This document shows positions 36,698 to 48,907 of a stretch of 64,000 bases of DNA, in pieces (the first letter of the stretch is position 1; every line of letters starts with the position of its first letter). Both the position numbers and the translations under genes were made by a program. Location: contig NC_091984.1 of NCBI RefSeq assembly GCF_044704955.1, positions 197,408,001-197,472,000 on the forward strand, written 5' to 3'. A model generated the notes under the pieces. That model did not search any database, had not been told where the DNA came from, and worked only from the letters and a program-made list of their open reading frames with translations. The stretch is from Pristiophorus japonicus (taxonomy: Eukaryota).

Positions 36698-39697
36698 AGC
36701 CTAACCTATGTAAACTAGAGATGATCCAAACCCCGGCTGCCCGTGTCCTAAATCGCACCAAGTCCCGCTCACACATCACCCCTCACACATCAAAACGCAT
36801 GGGGTAGCCTTGAGGAGGAATTCATAGAATGCATACGGGATTGTTTCTTAGAACAGTATGTTACAGAACCTACAAGGGAGCAAGCTATCTTAGATCTGGT
36901 CCTGTGTAATGAGACAGGAATAATAAACGATCTCCTAGTAAAAGATCCTCTCGGAATGAGTGTTCACAGTATGGTTGAATTTGTAATACAGATTGAGGGT
37001 GAGGAAGTAGTGTCTCAAACGAGCGTACTATGCTTAAACAAAGGGGACTACAGTGGGATGAGGGCAGAGTTAGCTAAAGTAGACTGGGAACACAGACTAA
37101 ATGGTGGCACAATTGAGGAACAGTGGAGGACTTTTAAGGAGCTCTTTCATAGTGCTCAACAAAAATATATTTGAGTGAAAAAGAAGGGCGGTAAGAGAAG
37201 GGATAACCAGCCTTGGATAACCAAGGAAATAAAAGAGAGTATCAAATTAAAAACCAATGCGTATAAGGTGGCCAAGGTTAGTGGGAAACTAGAAGATTGG
37301 GAAAATTTTAAACGACAGCAAAGAATGACTAAGAAAGCAATAAAGAAGGGGAAGATAGATTACGAAAGTAAACTTGCACAAAACATTAAAACAGATAGTA
37401 AAAGCTTTTACCGATATATAAAACGGAAGAGAGTGACTAAAGTAAATGTTGGTCCCTTAGAAGATGAGAAGGGGGATTTAATAATGGGAAAGGTAGAAAT
37501 GGCTGAGACCTTAAACAATTATTTTGCTTCGGTCTTCATAGTGGAAGACACAAAAACCATGCCAAAAATTGCTGGCCACGGGAATGTGGGAAGGGAGGAC
37601 CTTGAAACAATCACTATCACTAGGGAGGTAGTGCCGGACAGGCTAATGGGACTCAAGGTAGACAAGTCCCCTGGTCCTGATGAAATGTATCCCAGGGTAT
37701 TAAAAGAGATGGTGGAAATTATAGCAGATGCATTCGTTATAATCTACCAAAATTCTCTGGACTCTGGGGAGGTACCAACGGATTGGAAAGCAGCTAATGT
37801 AACGCCTCTGTTTAAAAAAGGGGAGCAGACAAAAGGCAGGTAACTATAGGCCGGTTAGTTTAACATCTGTAGTGGGGAAAATGCTTGAAGCTATCATTAA
37901 GGAAGAAATAGCGGGACATCTAGATAGGAATAGTGCAATCAAGCAGACGCAACATGGATTCATGAAGGGGAAATCATGTTTAACTAATTTACTGGAATTC
38001 TTTGAGGATATAACGAGCATGGTGGATAGAGGTGTACCGATGGATGTAGTGTATTTAGATTTCCAAAAGGCATTCGATAAGGTTACTGCAGAAGATAAAG
38101 GTATGCGGAGTCAGAGGAAATGTATTCGCATGGATCGAGAATTGGCTGGCTAACAGAAAGCAGAGAGTTGGGATAAATGGGTCCTTTTTGGGTTGGAAAT
38201 CGGTGGTTAGTGGTGTGCCACAGGGATCGGTGCTGGGACCACAACTGTTTACAATATACATAGATGACCTGGAAGAGGGGACAGAGTGTAGTGTAACAAA
38301 ATTTGCAGATGATACAAAGATTAGTGGGAAAGCGGGTTGTGTAGAGGACACAGAGAGGCTGCAAAGAGATTCAGATAGGTTAAGCGAATGGGCTAAGGTT
38401 TGGCAGATGGAATACAATGTCGGAAAATGTGAGGTCATCCACCTTGGAAAAAAAAACAGTAAAAGGGAATATTATTTGAATGGGAGAAATTACAACATGC
38501 TGCGGTGCAGAGGGACCTGGGGGTCCTTGTGCATGAATCCCAAAAAGTTAGATTGCAGGTGCAGCAGGTAATCAGGAAGGCAAATGGAATGTTGGCCTTC
38601 ATTGCGAGAGGGATGGAGTACAAAAGCAGGGAGGTCCTGCTGCAACTGTACAGGGTATTGGTGAGGCCACACCTGGAGTACTGTGTGCAGATTTAGTCAC
38701 CTTACTTAAGGAAGGATATACTAGCTTTGGAGGGGGTACAGAGACGATTCACTCGGCTGATTCCGGAGATGAGGGGGTTACCTTATGATGATAGATTGAG
38801 TAGACTGGGTCTTTACTCATTGGAGTTCAGAAGGATGAGGGGTGATCTTATAGAAACATTTAAAATAATGAAAAGGATAGACAAGATAGAGACAGAGAGG
38901 TTGTTTCCACTGGTCGGGGAGACTAGAACTAGGGGGCACAGCCTCAAAATACGGGGGAGACAATTTAAACCGAGTTGAGAAGGAATTTCTTCTCCCAGAG
39001 GGTTGTGAATCTGTGGAATTCTCTGCCCAAGGGAGCAGTTGAGGCTAGCTCATTGAATGTATTCAAATCACAGATAGATAGATTTTTAACCAATAAGGGA
39101 ATTAAGGGTTATGGGGAGCGGTCAGGTAAGTGGAGCTGAGTCCACGGCCAGATCAGCCATGATCTTTTTGAATGGCGGAGCAGGCTCAAGGGGCTAGATG
39201 GCCTACTCCTGTTCCTAATTCTTATGTTCTTATGTTCTTATGTGCTCACTGACCTACAGTGACTCCCCATTAAGCAAAGCCTTGATTTCAAAATTCTCAT
39301 CCTTGTTTTCAAATCCTTCCATGGCCTCGTTCCTCCCTATCTCTGTAATCTCCTTCAGCCCCAGAACGCCCCGAGATATCCATGCTCCTCTAATTCTGCC
39401 CTCTTGAACATCGCTGATTATAATCGCTCAACCATTAGTGGCCGTGCCTTCTGTTCCCCAGGCTCCAAGCTCTGGAATTCCTTACCTAAACCTCTCTTCC
39501 TCTCCACCTCTCTTTCCTCCTTCAAGAAGCTCCTTAAAACCTACCTCTTTGACCAAGCTTCTGGACATCTGCCCTAATTTCTCCTTATGCGGCTCGGTGT
39601 CAAATTTTTAATCTCATAATACTCCTTGAGATGAAGCGCCTTGGGATGTTTCACTACGTTAAAGGCGCTATAACTACATGTTGTTGTTGTTGTTGTT
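36698..39697 (+). mobile_element. L2 LINE 3' fragment (36698-36783 and 39242-39697) split by a CR1 insertion
   Basis: ...GTCCCGCTCACACATCACCCCT | GTGCTCACTGACCTACA... joins as in the L2 at 44743-45915. (TTG)n tail at ~39680-39697. Confidence 0.85.
36802..39243 (+). mobile_element. 5'-truncated CR1 LINE ORF2 (end of APE domain + RT + 3'UTR), frameshifted
   Basis: EPTREQAILDLVLCN, PWITKEIK, KSPGPD, GKSCLTNLLEFF, KFADDTK and a (CTTATGTT)n tail. Confidence 0.97.
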
Positions 39698-39880
39698 ATT
39701 GACTAAAATATTTAACTGGGGGCACCACACTTGTTGAACTGCCCCAGTGCCTGACTCACCACATGATAAACTCGCCCAGGAACTCGTGGCATATTATCAG
39801 GTCTGGCTGAGCTTTGAGTTGTGTGGTTTCGCTTATGTACTGGGTTATGATACTATCACGCATTATGTTTTAAAAGTTTT

Positions 39881-40768
39881 GAGGCCGAAATTGGGCACTG
39901 CCCGAAACGAGTCGCACCTACCGTTTTGCCAGTGTTCTGTCCACCCCAATGCATGGGGCGGACAATCCGGAGAAATTCAGATGGTTGTGGCATTTTTTGG
40001 AGCCGAGCGGAAATGGCCTTATCATCGAGGCAGAAGTGTGGTCAGGTCGGAGTAGCCGTCACTAGCGGGACGGAAGTGTGGTCAGGTCGGAGTAGCCGTC
40101 ACGAGCGGGACAGAAGTGGGGTCGGGTTGGAGTGACCGACGCTGAAAGTGATCAGCTGATGACATCATTGCGCTGGTGCGTCACAACATCCCTCCCCATC
40201 AGTTAAAGGGGAGGGCTGCTGAAAACTCTGCAGCCACTTTAGTGGCAAACATTGGGCCACCAGGGAAGGATTCAGCCAGGTCAGTGGCCTGGCACCCAAG
40301 AGAGAGTGTCAGGCTGCCTGTTGGTGGCCCGGCCGAACCCGCGGCCATAATTGTCGGCCTGACCTGGCAGTCAGCCCATCAAAAAAATAATAACATGACG
40401 TCGCCGGCAGCGCCACCTCCCCTTTAAGGACAACCGCGCCGCCAAGCCACAGAAAGGGCACTGACAGAAAAAGCTGTTGGGGGCATTGACCAGCAGTGGC
40501 ACCACTATAGCGGGGCGCATCCAGAAAGGGGCAATTTCACGCGTAGCAATTTCGGGAAGGGGTCGCTGTTGGTCGGTAAGGGGTCGGCGCGAGCACGCTG
40601 TGGCGGGAAAACAGGTGGAACAGTCCCCGACACCACTCCAAATCTGAAGGTGGGCAATATCTAAAATGGCGGCTCCTCCACGGAGACTCGGCGACCAGTC
40701 CGTACCGACCCGTAGCCGCTGTTTTCAGGCAGCCATGGTCTTTATAGTAAAGGGGCAATTTTGGCCCC
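39881..40768. mobile_element. GC-rich MITE-like element containing an internal 40-bp tandem repeat
   Basis: TIRs GAGGCCGAAATTG / CAATTTTGGCCCC (11/13). Repeat GAAGTGTGGTCAGGTCGGAGTAGCCGTCAC..GCGGGAC x~2.5 at 40031-40134. Confidence 0.7.
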
Positions 40769-40844
40769 TTCGTCTCCAAACCCATTGGGTATTATACTGA
40801 AGTCACCCATTAATATAACTTCATATTTTCAAACACTTATTAAT

Positions 40845-41262
40845 GGGGCTGAAATTCAGGTGCACCAGAAAGCGGGCACACCTATGAGTTTTTAATTAGT
40901 GCTCATCGCTGGAACTCTTGGTGCGGTGAGTAAATCCATTTTCAGGACTTTGAAATTTTTTGATCCTTAGACTCAAAGCTAGGCTGACTGGCTGACAATG
41001 GGTCAGTTGGGCCATCCACCGCTGTCAATCAACGCGGCAGGGGATCGACGGATGGAGCTGAAAATGGATAGGTAACTAATTATTTTATTTTCATTTGGCG
41101 GTGTATTTACTTGGGCGGGATGAGGTCCAGGCCAAAAAATTCCCGACCTGAATTTCGATCAGGTCGGCCTGTTGACCCCAGAGCGGTGGCCATTCGATTT
41201 TTAGGAATGGCTGCCACAAACGGGCATTAACGGGTCTCTTTGAGACCCTGAATTTCGGCCCC
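40845..41262. mobile_element. PIF/Harbinger-type MITE, 418 bp
   Basis: 16-bp TIRs GGGGCTGAAATTCAGG / CCTGAATTTCGGCCCC (1 mismatch), with AAT/ATT flanks. Confidence 0.8.
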
Positions 41263-41476
41263 ATTATCTCTTCCTAAAGCAAACTGTTATCCTTCTTATG
41301 ACTTCTTGAGGTCTGTAGGATGCCACAAAGTCAAATTTTCTTTTTCAAATTAAAGACATCTAGCAAGTGTATTTAAATGTACAACTTTGCACCTCCCACA
41401 GGGCTAACTTTTTTAACCTCCCATGTGTCCCTGGCATATAGAGCTATGACATCTCTTCCCCAATCTATCTTTTCTG

Positions 41477-42025
41477 AACAACAACAATATGTATTTTTAT
41501 TGCATCTTTCACATAGTAAAACATCCCAAGGCGTTTTCACAGGAGGGTTATGAAACAAAATTTGACACAGCCACATAAGAAGATAATAGGGCAGATGATC
41601 AAGAGCTTGGTCAAAGAGGTAGGTTTAAAGGAGCGTCTTAAAGGAGGAGAGAGAGGTAGAGAGGCGGAGAGGTTTAGGGAGAGAATTCCAGAGCTTGGGG
41701 CCTAGGCAGCTGATGGCAAGGCTATCAATGGTGGAGTGATTAAAACCGGGGATGTTCAAGGCCAGAATTAGAGAAGTGCAGATATCTCGGAGGGTTCTGG
41801 GAGCCAATGTAGGTCAGTGAGCACAGGCCTGATGGGTGGGCGGAACTTGGTGCGAGTTAGGACACAGGCAGCAGAGTTTTGGATAACCTCAAGTTTATAG
41901 GGGATAGAACATAGAAGGCCAGCCAGGAGTGCATTGGAATAGTCAAGTCAAAGGCATGGATGAGGGTTTCAGCAGCAGATGAGCTGAGGCAGGGGCAGAG
42001 TCAAGCGATGTTCTGGAGATGGAAA
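41477..42025 (-). mobile_element. L2 LINE 3' fragment
   Basis: LGPKLWNSLPKPLRLSTSLSSFKTLL and a (CAA)n tail. Confidence 0.9.
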
Positions 42026-42039
42026 TAGATGGAAACGCT

Positions 42040-42200
42040 CCATACCTCTGCTTGTTGTCTTCATTACTTTCCTCTGGGGTCAGCCATGTTTTGAATATTC
42101 CCACTAAATCATAGTTCCCTACTCCCATAACAGTCTCCAGTTCTGGCATTATTCCTAATGCTTCTAGTGTTCATGCATACACATTGCGTTGTAGATTTGC
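42040..42200 (-). mobile_element. Old CR1-type APE endonuclease N-terminal fragment
   Basis: CVCMNTRSIRNN / ELETVMGVGNYDLVGIFKTWL, cf. the CR1 ORF2 start CxYxNARSIxNK..EL....YDxxxITETWL. Confidence 0.7.
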
Positions 42201-43131
42201 CTCCTTTGTTGGCCCCCAATGTCTGTCTGCTTCTAATATCTGGTTCCAGCATGTCTCTCTTATGGTTTGTGATATCAGCATTCGAAAGCTTAACAAGTTC
42301 ACATGGCATTCATCTGTCAGCTATTTTAGCAATTAATTTTAAGCTTTCGCATACTGATATCACAAACAGTAATTTCTGAATGTAAGTGCGGAGAGTGTTA
42401 AACAGGTTGTCCGGAGTTTTACATCTGGAAGTAAAAGCTCTTTGCAAGTGAGATTAAGGTAGCATGCGTTCTGCTGCCGCAGTCACAGGATGGTACAAAT
42501 GATAAAAGTCCTGGATTGGAGGGGTTATATGCCAGTTCAAGTACTCTCTGCTGTGAGCAAGTCATGTGGATTCGTGGCTAGCATGATGATGAACAGACTT
42601 TTAAAAACACACAGAGAAAAATAGGGAGAAAATGCTTTAAAAAGAGGAATTTTATACTTTCACCATATCCGCCCAATCTCAGTCTGCACAGACAGTTCTC
42701 TAGTGGCCACCCAGTCTTTCGAGTACCCAGATGTTATGCTATCAAAGCTGTTCACATGCCAATAAATCGAACAAAGAAGGACAGTAGCACTGCCAGGAGC
42801 TGATACCGGGGGAGGACTTGTTGATTTTCCTAGCTTTGTTTATGGCCTCAGGCCCAGTGGACAACAGTGAGACAACCTATTGTCAATCGGTTGGAATCTG
42901 TCTTTCACATCCTACACACAGCGCATCAGTAAAGAAATCCCAAAGCTCCACAGCCCATTGAAATGGAAGTTGTACTAAATTCCTGCATTTGTACTAGCTC
43001 CTCCCTTTTCAAACTCAGCTCCTTTTCATTCAGAAAGCAGCATCGTATGTCAGCTGAGCTGTAGGGGGAAACAAAAAAAACTTTTGCTTTTGTAACTGTT
43101 TTGCAAACAGGACACTTAACAGCAAAGGTTG

Positions 43132-43151
43132 TATATATATATATATATATA
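43132..43151. repeat. (TA)n microsatellite
   Basis: About 10 TA units. Confidence 0.9.
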
Positions 43152-43734
43152 AATATAATACAAAGTATAAGTCAGCAGGGGCAAAACGGAAGATAAAAGC
43201 TAAGTTCCAGAAATGTTAATGGGGTGAATTGCAGGATAAAATAGTTTGATATGAACTAATTGTGCTTTCTTGCATTGTCTTGCCCCTGTGGACATGTTTG
43301 TTTTCCTTAATTGCTCTAAAGAGTGCATGTGAATGCAGTCATTAGTGAAGAATGGAATTGTTCATGTGAACCTTAAACTGCATCCACCCGCACTTAGCCA
43401 AGAAAAGACCTGTCCACTTATATTGTTCATCGTTCCAAAGATCACTAGTAAAATGCAAATGAGCTGCAATGGTGGCTTTTGTATATCGTTCTTTTAAAGA
43501 GTATTTTGAAGGAAAAGTATGGTAAAGAGAGCTTGTACCTGGCCACCTCCCATTTTCCAATCAAAAGGCGCTTTAATGTTGCCTAGGAGTGTCCAGGGAG
43601 TGGGCAAATGGAAGCTCACAACTTTCATACTCCGCTCTTCCCTGTTTGCTTTGAAAATAAAATAAAAATCCTCCTCAAAATGCAGTTCTGATGAAGGGTC
43701 CAACCGCAAACAATAACATTTTTCATATAGTAAA

Positions 43735-44093
43735 AAGAAAGACTTGCATTTATATAGTGCCTATCACTACCTCAGGACATCCCAAAGCACTTTAAAGCCA
43801 ATGAAGTACTTTTGAAATGTAGTCACCATTGTAATGTAGGAAACGCGGCAGCCAATTTGCGCACAGCAAGCTCCCACAAACAGCAATGTGATAATGACCA
43901 GATAATCTGTTTTTAGCGATGTTGGTTGAGGGATAAATATTGGTCAGGACACTGAGGATTACTCCCCTGCTCGTCTTCGAAATAGTGCCATGGAGTGTCA
44001 GCCTAGATTTTTGTGCTCAAGTCTCTGGAATGGGACTTGAACCAACAACGTTCTAACTCAGTGGCGAGAATGCTACCCACTGAACCACGGCTC
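43735..44093 (-). mobile_element. tRNA-derived Deu-domain SINE (SacSINE1-like) with an internal deletion
   Basis: tRNA-like head (reverse complement GTGGTTCAGTGGGTAGCA...GGTTCAAGTCCC). Compared with the 58430 copy, the segment between GCCATGG and AGTGTCAGCC is missing. Confidence 0.85.
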
Positions 44094-44742
44094 ACACATT
44101 CCCCCAAAACATTCCAGGGCGCTTCACAAAACAATATTTGAGACCAAGCCATATAACGATATATTATGCTGAATCTTTCCAGCACTTTCTGTTTTTATTA
44201 AAGATATATTAGGTTACCAAAAGCTTGGTCAAAGAGGAAGGTTTTAAGGAGCGACGTAAAAGGAAGGAGAGAGATGAAGAGGCGGAGATGTTTAGGGAGG
44301 GAATTCCGGAGTTAAAACATTAACCCGCCTTTTCTCTTTTTTGATGTTAATGGACCCGCTGTTTAATTGGAGTATTCAAACTGTTTCCATTTTACACCGT
44401 TTACCATTCCTGGTGTTGCTGCTCCAGCCAAACCTTGTCGGAAGCTGGCAGAACTTAATTCTCATTAGTGATAGGGATGAAATCCAGCTTCCCGGTTTTA
44501 CATTTAAGTGTAGAATCAGTGGCAGCTTGTGAACTCTATGCAAATGTGAGTCTCCAGTGCACTCGGGTCTCCAGAGCCCCCACCACCACCCTCTCAATTC
44601 ATATTATAGAGTGCCAATGATAGCAGGAGTACTGCTCACCCACAGCCAACGGCACACACCCAATGTAAAGGTGCCTAAGCATTTTATGGATATTGTGACG
44701 GGAGACTTATTAACTAAAAATAAACATTAGTTTTTAAATTTT

Positions 44743-45915
44743 AACAACAACAACTTGTATTTATATAGCACCTTTAACAGAGTAAAATGTCTCAAGGCCC
44801 TTCATCATAGGCAGTCCACAGGGGTGTTATAAGACAAAACAATACATTTGACACCGAGCCACTTAAGAAGAAATTAGGGCAGATGAGCAAAAGCTTGGTC
44901 AAAGAGGTAAGTTTTAAGAGGAAAGAGAGGTAGACAGGCAGAGAGGTTTAGGGAGGGAGTTCCAGAGCTTAGGGCCCAGGCAGCTGAAGGCACAATGGTT
45001 GAGCAGTTATAATCAGGGATGCTCAAGAGGGCAGAATTTAAGAGGCGCAGACTTCTCGGTGGGGTTGTGAGGCTGAAGGAGATTACAGAGATAGGGAGGG
45101 GTGAGGCCATGGAGGGATTTGTGAACAAGGATGAGAATTTTGAAATCGAGGAGTTGCTTAACCGGGAGCCAGCAAGTAGGTCAGCGAGTACAGGGGTGAT
45201 GGGTGAGCGGGACTTGGTGCAAGTTAGGACACGGGCTGCCGAGTTTTGGATGACCTCAAGTTTACCGAGGATAGAATGTGGGAGGCCAGCTAGGAGTGCT
45301 TTGGAATAGTCAAATCTAGAGGTAACAAAGGCATGGATGAGGGTTTCAGCAGCAGATGAGCTGAAGCAGGGGCAGGGGTGGGCAATGTTACGGAGGTGGA
45401 AATTGCCAGTGTTAGTTATGCTGCGGATATGGAAGCACATTTCAGGGTCAAATATGATACCTAGGTTGCATACAGTGTGGTTCAGCCTCAGACAGATGCT
45501 ATGGAGAGAGATGTAGTCGGTGGTTAGGGACCGCAGTTTGTGGTGGGGACCAAAGACAATGACTTTGGTCTTCCCAATATTGAATTGGAGAAAATTCCTG
45601 CTCATCCAGTATTGGATGTCGGACAAGCAGTCTGACAATTTAGAGACCATGGAAGGGTCAAGAGAAATGGTGGTGAGGTAGAGCTGGGTGTCGTCAGCGT
45701 ACATGTGGAAACTGACGCCGTGTTTTCGGATAATATCGCCAAGGGGCAGCATATAGATGAGAAATAGGAGGGGCCAAAGATAGATCCTTGGGGGGCACCA
45801 GAGGTAACAATATGGGAGAAGCCATTGCAGGTGATTCTCTGGCTATGACTGGATAGAAAAGAATGGAACCCGGGAGTGCAGTCCCACCTAGCTGGACGAT
45901 GGTGGAGAGGCGTTG
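44743..45915 (-). mobile_element. L2-clade LINE RT fragment and 3' end
   Basis: SGAPQGS, FHMYADDTQLY, FNIGKTK, FHLRNIA, LIHAFVTSRFDYS, QNSAARV and a (CAA)n tail. Confidence 0.93.
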
Positions 45916-45988
45916 GAGCTTGCTGTGTTACCCGATGTAACATACTGAAAACCGAAGCCAAATGAAGCTTTGGGAATTTAAAATGTAA

Positions 45989-46178
45989 GGAAAATGCTGG
46001 AAATGCACACTGGTCTGTCAGCATCTGAAAGAGAAAATAAAGGTTAATATTTTGGATAGTGTCCTTTATCTGAACGTTTCATGGGTTAAAATGAAAGGTC
46101 CCACCCAAAGCATTGGCCTATATTTCTTCTTTATGATACTGACAGACCTGCTGTTCATTCCCAGCACTTTCTGTTTTT
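45989..46178. mobile_element. Palindromic Penelope-like-element-derived repeat (decayed)
   Basis: Inverted arms GAAAATGCTGGAAATG...GGTCTGTCAGCATC and GATACTGACAGACC...ATTCCCAGCACTTTC. Confidence 0.6.
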
Positions 46179-46664
46179 AAAACTAAAAACAATGTAATAC
46201 TAATAGCAAAAAAGCATGCATAAAAAATAAAATGAAGAAATTACATTCACTCATTCATTGGTTCTGAAGTATTTTGGGATATCCTGAAGATTTGCAAATG
46301 CACTAGATAAATGGAAAGGTTTTTTTTAATATGTGTTCTGTCCAATAGATTTCCCTCTCCCCATACATTGGGTAATGGTAACATTTCTACCTGGTTTCTG
46401 TCATGTATCCTACATGATTACTGCTTGTACTATTACAAGGTGTGCCACCTGAGGGCACTGCAGTGGGAGACTTGTAGGTTACCTGTACAGGTGTACCAGG
46501 CCGAGTATAAAAGGCAGACCACCATGTGTGACCCTCACTCTGGAGTTACATTAAATGGACTAAGGTCACGACAGTTCAGGCACAAAACATTGTCTCGTGG
46601 AGTCATTATTAGAACATCTGAAGACATAACAATTGGCGATGAGATTATGGACCTTCATGCGAAA

Positions 46665-47870
46665 ATGGCTAACCTTAGCATGTTGCAGCAGTTCGCTGAT
46701 GGTGATGATTGGGAAGCCTTTGTGGAGAGGCTCGATCATTTTGTCACAGCAAACGACCTGGCAGGGGACAATCTGGCCACACTGGCTGATAAGCGCAGAG
46801 CTATCCTGCTAACCAATTGTTAGCCCACCGTCTATAGCCTCGTCAGGGACTTGCTGGCACCAGCGAAGACAACGACCAAGACGTACAAGGAGCTTCTAAC
46901 GCTGATCCAAGAACAACTCAAGCCCAAAGAGAGCATCCTCATAGCCAGACCGACGGCCTGAAGGCCAGGAGATCACAAAATACGCTGCAGACCTCAGGAG
47001 GCTGGCAGCACCATGTGATTTCGGCGACCACCTCACCGAAGCGCTGCGGGATATCTTTGTCATTGGAAACGGTCATGAGGGCCTTCTTCATAAGCTACTA
47101 TCTGCGGATACCACAGTCACACTGCAGAAGGCCATCACCGTGAGCCAAGCATTCATGACCTCGACCTGTGGCTCTAGGCGGATGGCTCATCCTCAGGACT
47201 AAAACCTGGCAAGTACTGTGCACAGAGTGGTGCCTTTTAGAGGCTGGACAGTAGAACGTGAATCCTCTCAGGGGAGAGAGAACAGGCTCCCGAGTCCCTT
47301 AACTCAGAGTCCGCTGAGGGGAGCTAATCGAGTAGCACCATGCTGATGTTGCGAAGGGAATTACAGGGCTCACCAGTGCCGTTTTAAACACTATGTATGT
47401 AAAGGCTGCAGCACAAAGAGCCACCTCCAGTGAATGTGTAAAAGAAATATGACTCACTGTGCTGATGAAGAGTCTGCAGATGGCCATGAATCCAGCACAA
47501 ATTATGAAGCGATAGTTAGAGAGGCAGCTCAGCCCCACGATGAGGTATATAGCATGTTTACCTGCACCACCGAATGTTCTCCATGAGGATGGAAGTCGAG
47601 ATAAATGGCATTCCAGTCTTCATGGAAGTGGACACGGGGGCGAGCCAGTCAGTAATGAATCAAGAAGCATTTGAGCGGCTATGGGACAATCAGGCTGAAC
47701 GACCTAAGTTGGTCCCGGTTCAGGCAAAGCTGCGCACCTACACCAATGAACTCATCCCAGTCGTTGGTAGTGCGGATGTAAAGGTACTCCATGATGGCGC
47801 GGTGCACAGGTTGCCCCTGTGGATTGTTGCAGGCAATGGACCAACGTTACTCGGAAGAAGGTGGATGGAG
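46665..47870 (+). pseudogene. Gypsy gag (with Zn knuckle) and aspartic protease, disrupted by stops and frameshifts
   Basis: DDWEAFVERLDHFVTANDL...KRRAILL, EALRDIFVIG, a degenerate C..C....H..C knuckle, and MEVDTGASQSV...GPTLLGRRW. Confidence 0.9.
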
Positions 47871-47877
47871 GAGCTCC

Positions 47878-48907
47878 GTGGGGTACCGCAAGGTTCTGTG
47901 CTGGGGCCCCAGCTGTTTACATTGTACATTAATGATTTAGACGAGGGGATTAAATGTAGTCTCTCCAAATTTGCGGATGACACTAAGTTGGGTGGCAGTG
48001 TGAGCTGCGAGGAGGATGCTATGAAGCTGCAGAGTGACTTGGATAGGTTAGGTGAGTGGGCAAATGCATGGCAGATGAAGTATAATGTGGATAAATGTGA
48101 GGTTATCCACTTTGGTGGTAAAAACAGAGAGGCAGACTATTATCTGAATGGTGACAGATTGGGAAAAGGGAAGGTGCAACGAGACCTGGGTGTCATGGTA
48201 CATCAGTCATTGAAGGTTGGCATGCAGGTACAGCAGGCGGTTAAGAAAGCAAATGGCATGATGGCCTTCATAGCGAGGGGATTTGAGTACAGGGGCAGGG
48301 AGGTGTTGCTACAGTTGTACAGGGCCTTGGTGAGGCCACACCTGGAGTATTGTGTACAGTTTTGGTCTCCTAACTTGAGGAAGGACATTTTTGCTATTGA
48401 GGGAGTGCAGCGAAGATTCACCAGACTGATTCCCGGGATGGTGGGACTGACCTATCAAGAAAGACTGGATCAACTGGGCTTGTATTCACTGGAGTTCAGA
48501 AGAATGAGAGGGGATCTCATAGAAATGTTTAAAATTCTGATGGGTTTAGACAAGTTAGATGCAGGAAGAATGTTCCCAATGTTGGGGAAGTCCAGAACCA
48601 GGGGTCACAGTCGAAGGATAAGGAGTAAGCCATTTAGGACCGAGATGAGGAGAAACTTCTTCACCCAGAGAGTGGTGAACCTGTGGAATTCTCTACCACA
48701 GAAAGTTGTTGAGGCCAATTCACTAAATATATTCAAAAAGGAGTTAGATGTAGTCCTTACTACTAGGGGGATGAAGGGGTATGGCGAGAAAGCAGGAAAG
48801 GGGTACTGAAGTTGCATGTTCAGCCATGAACTCATTGAATGGCGGTGCAGGCTCGAAGGGCCGAATGGCCTACTCCTGCACCTATTTTCTATGTTTCTAT
48901 GTTTCTA
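47878..48907 (+). mobile_element. 5'-truncated CR1 LINE inserted in the Gypsy element
   Basis: GVPQGSVLGPQLF, KFADDTK and a (CTATGTTT)n tail. Near-identical to 55958-56751. Confidence 0.97.

Noticed and set aside
43990-44093. tRNA-like A/B-box sequences (also at 58760-58857)
   Set aside because: These are SINE heads attached to Deu-domain bodies, not tRNA genes.
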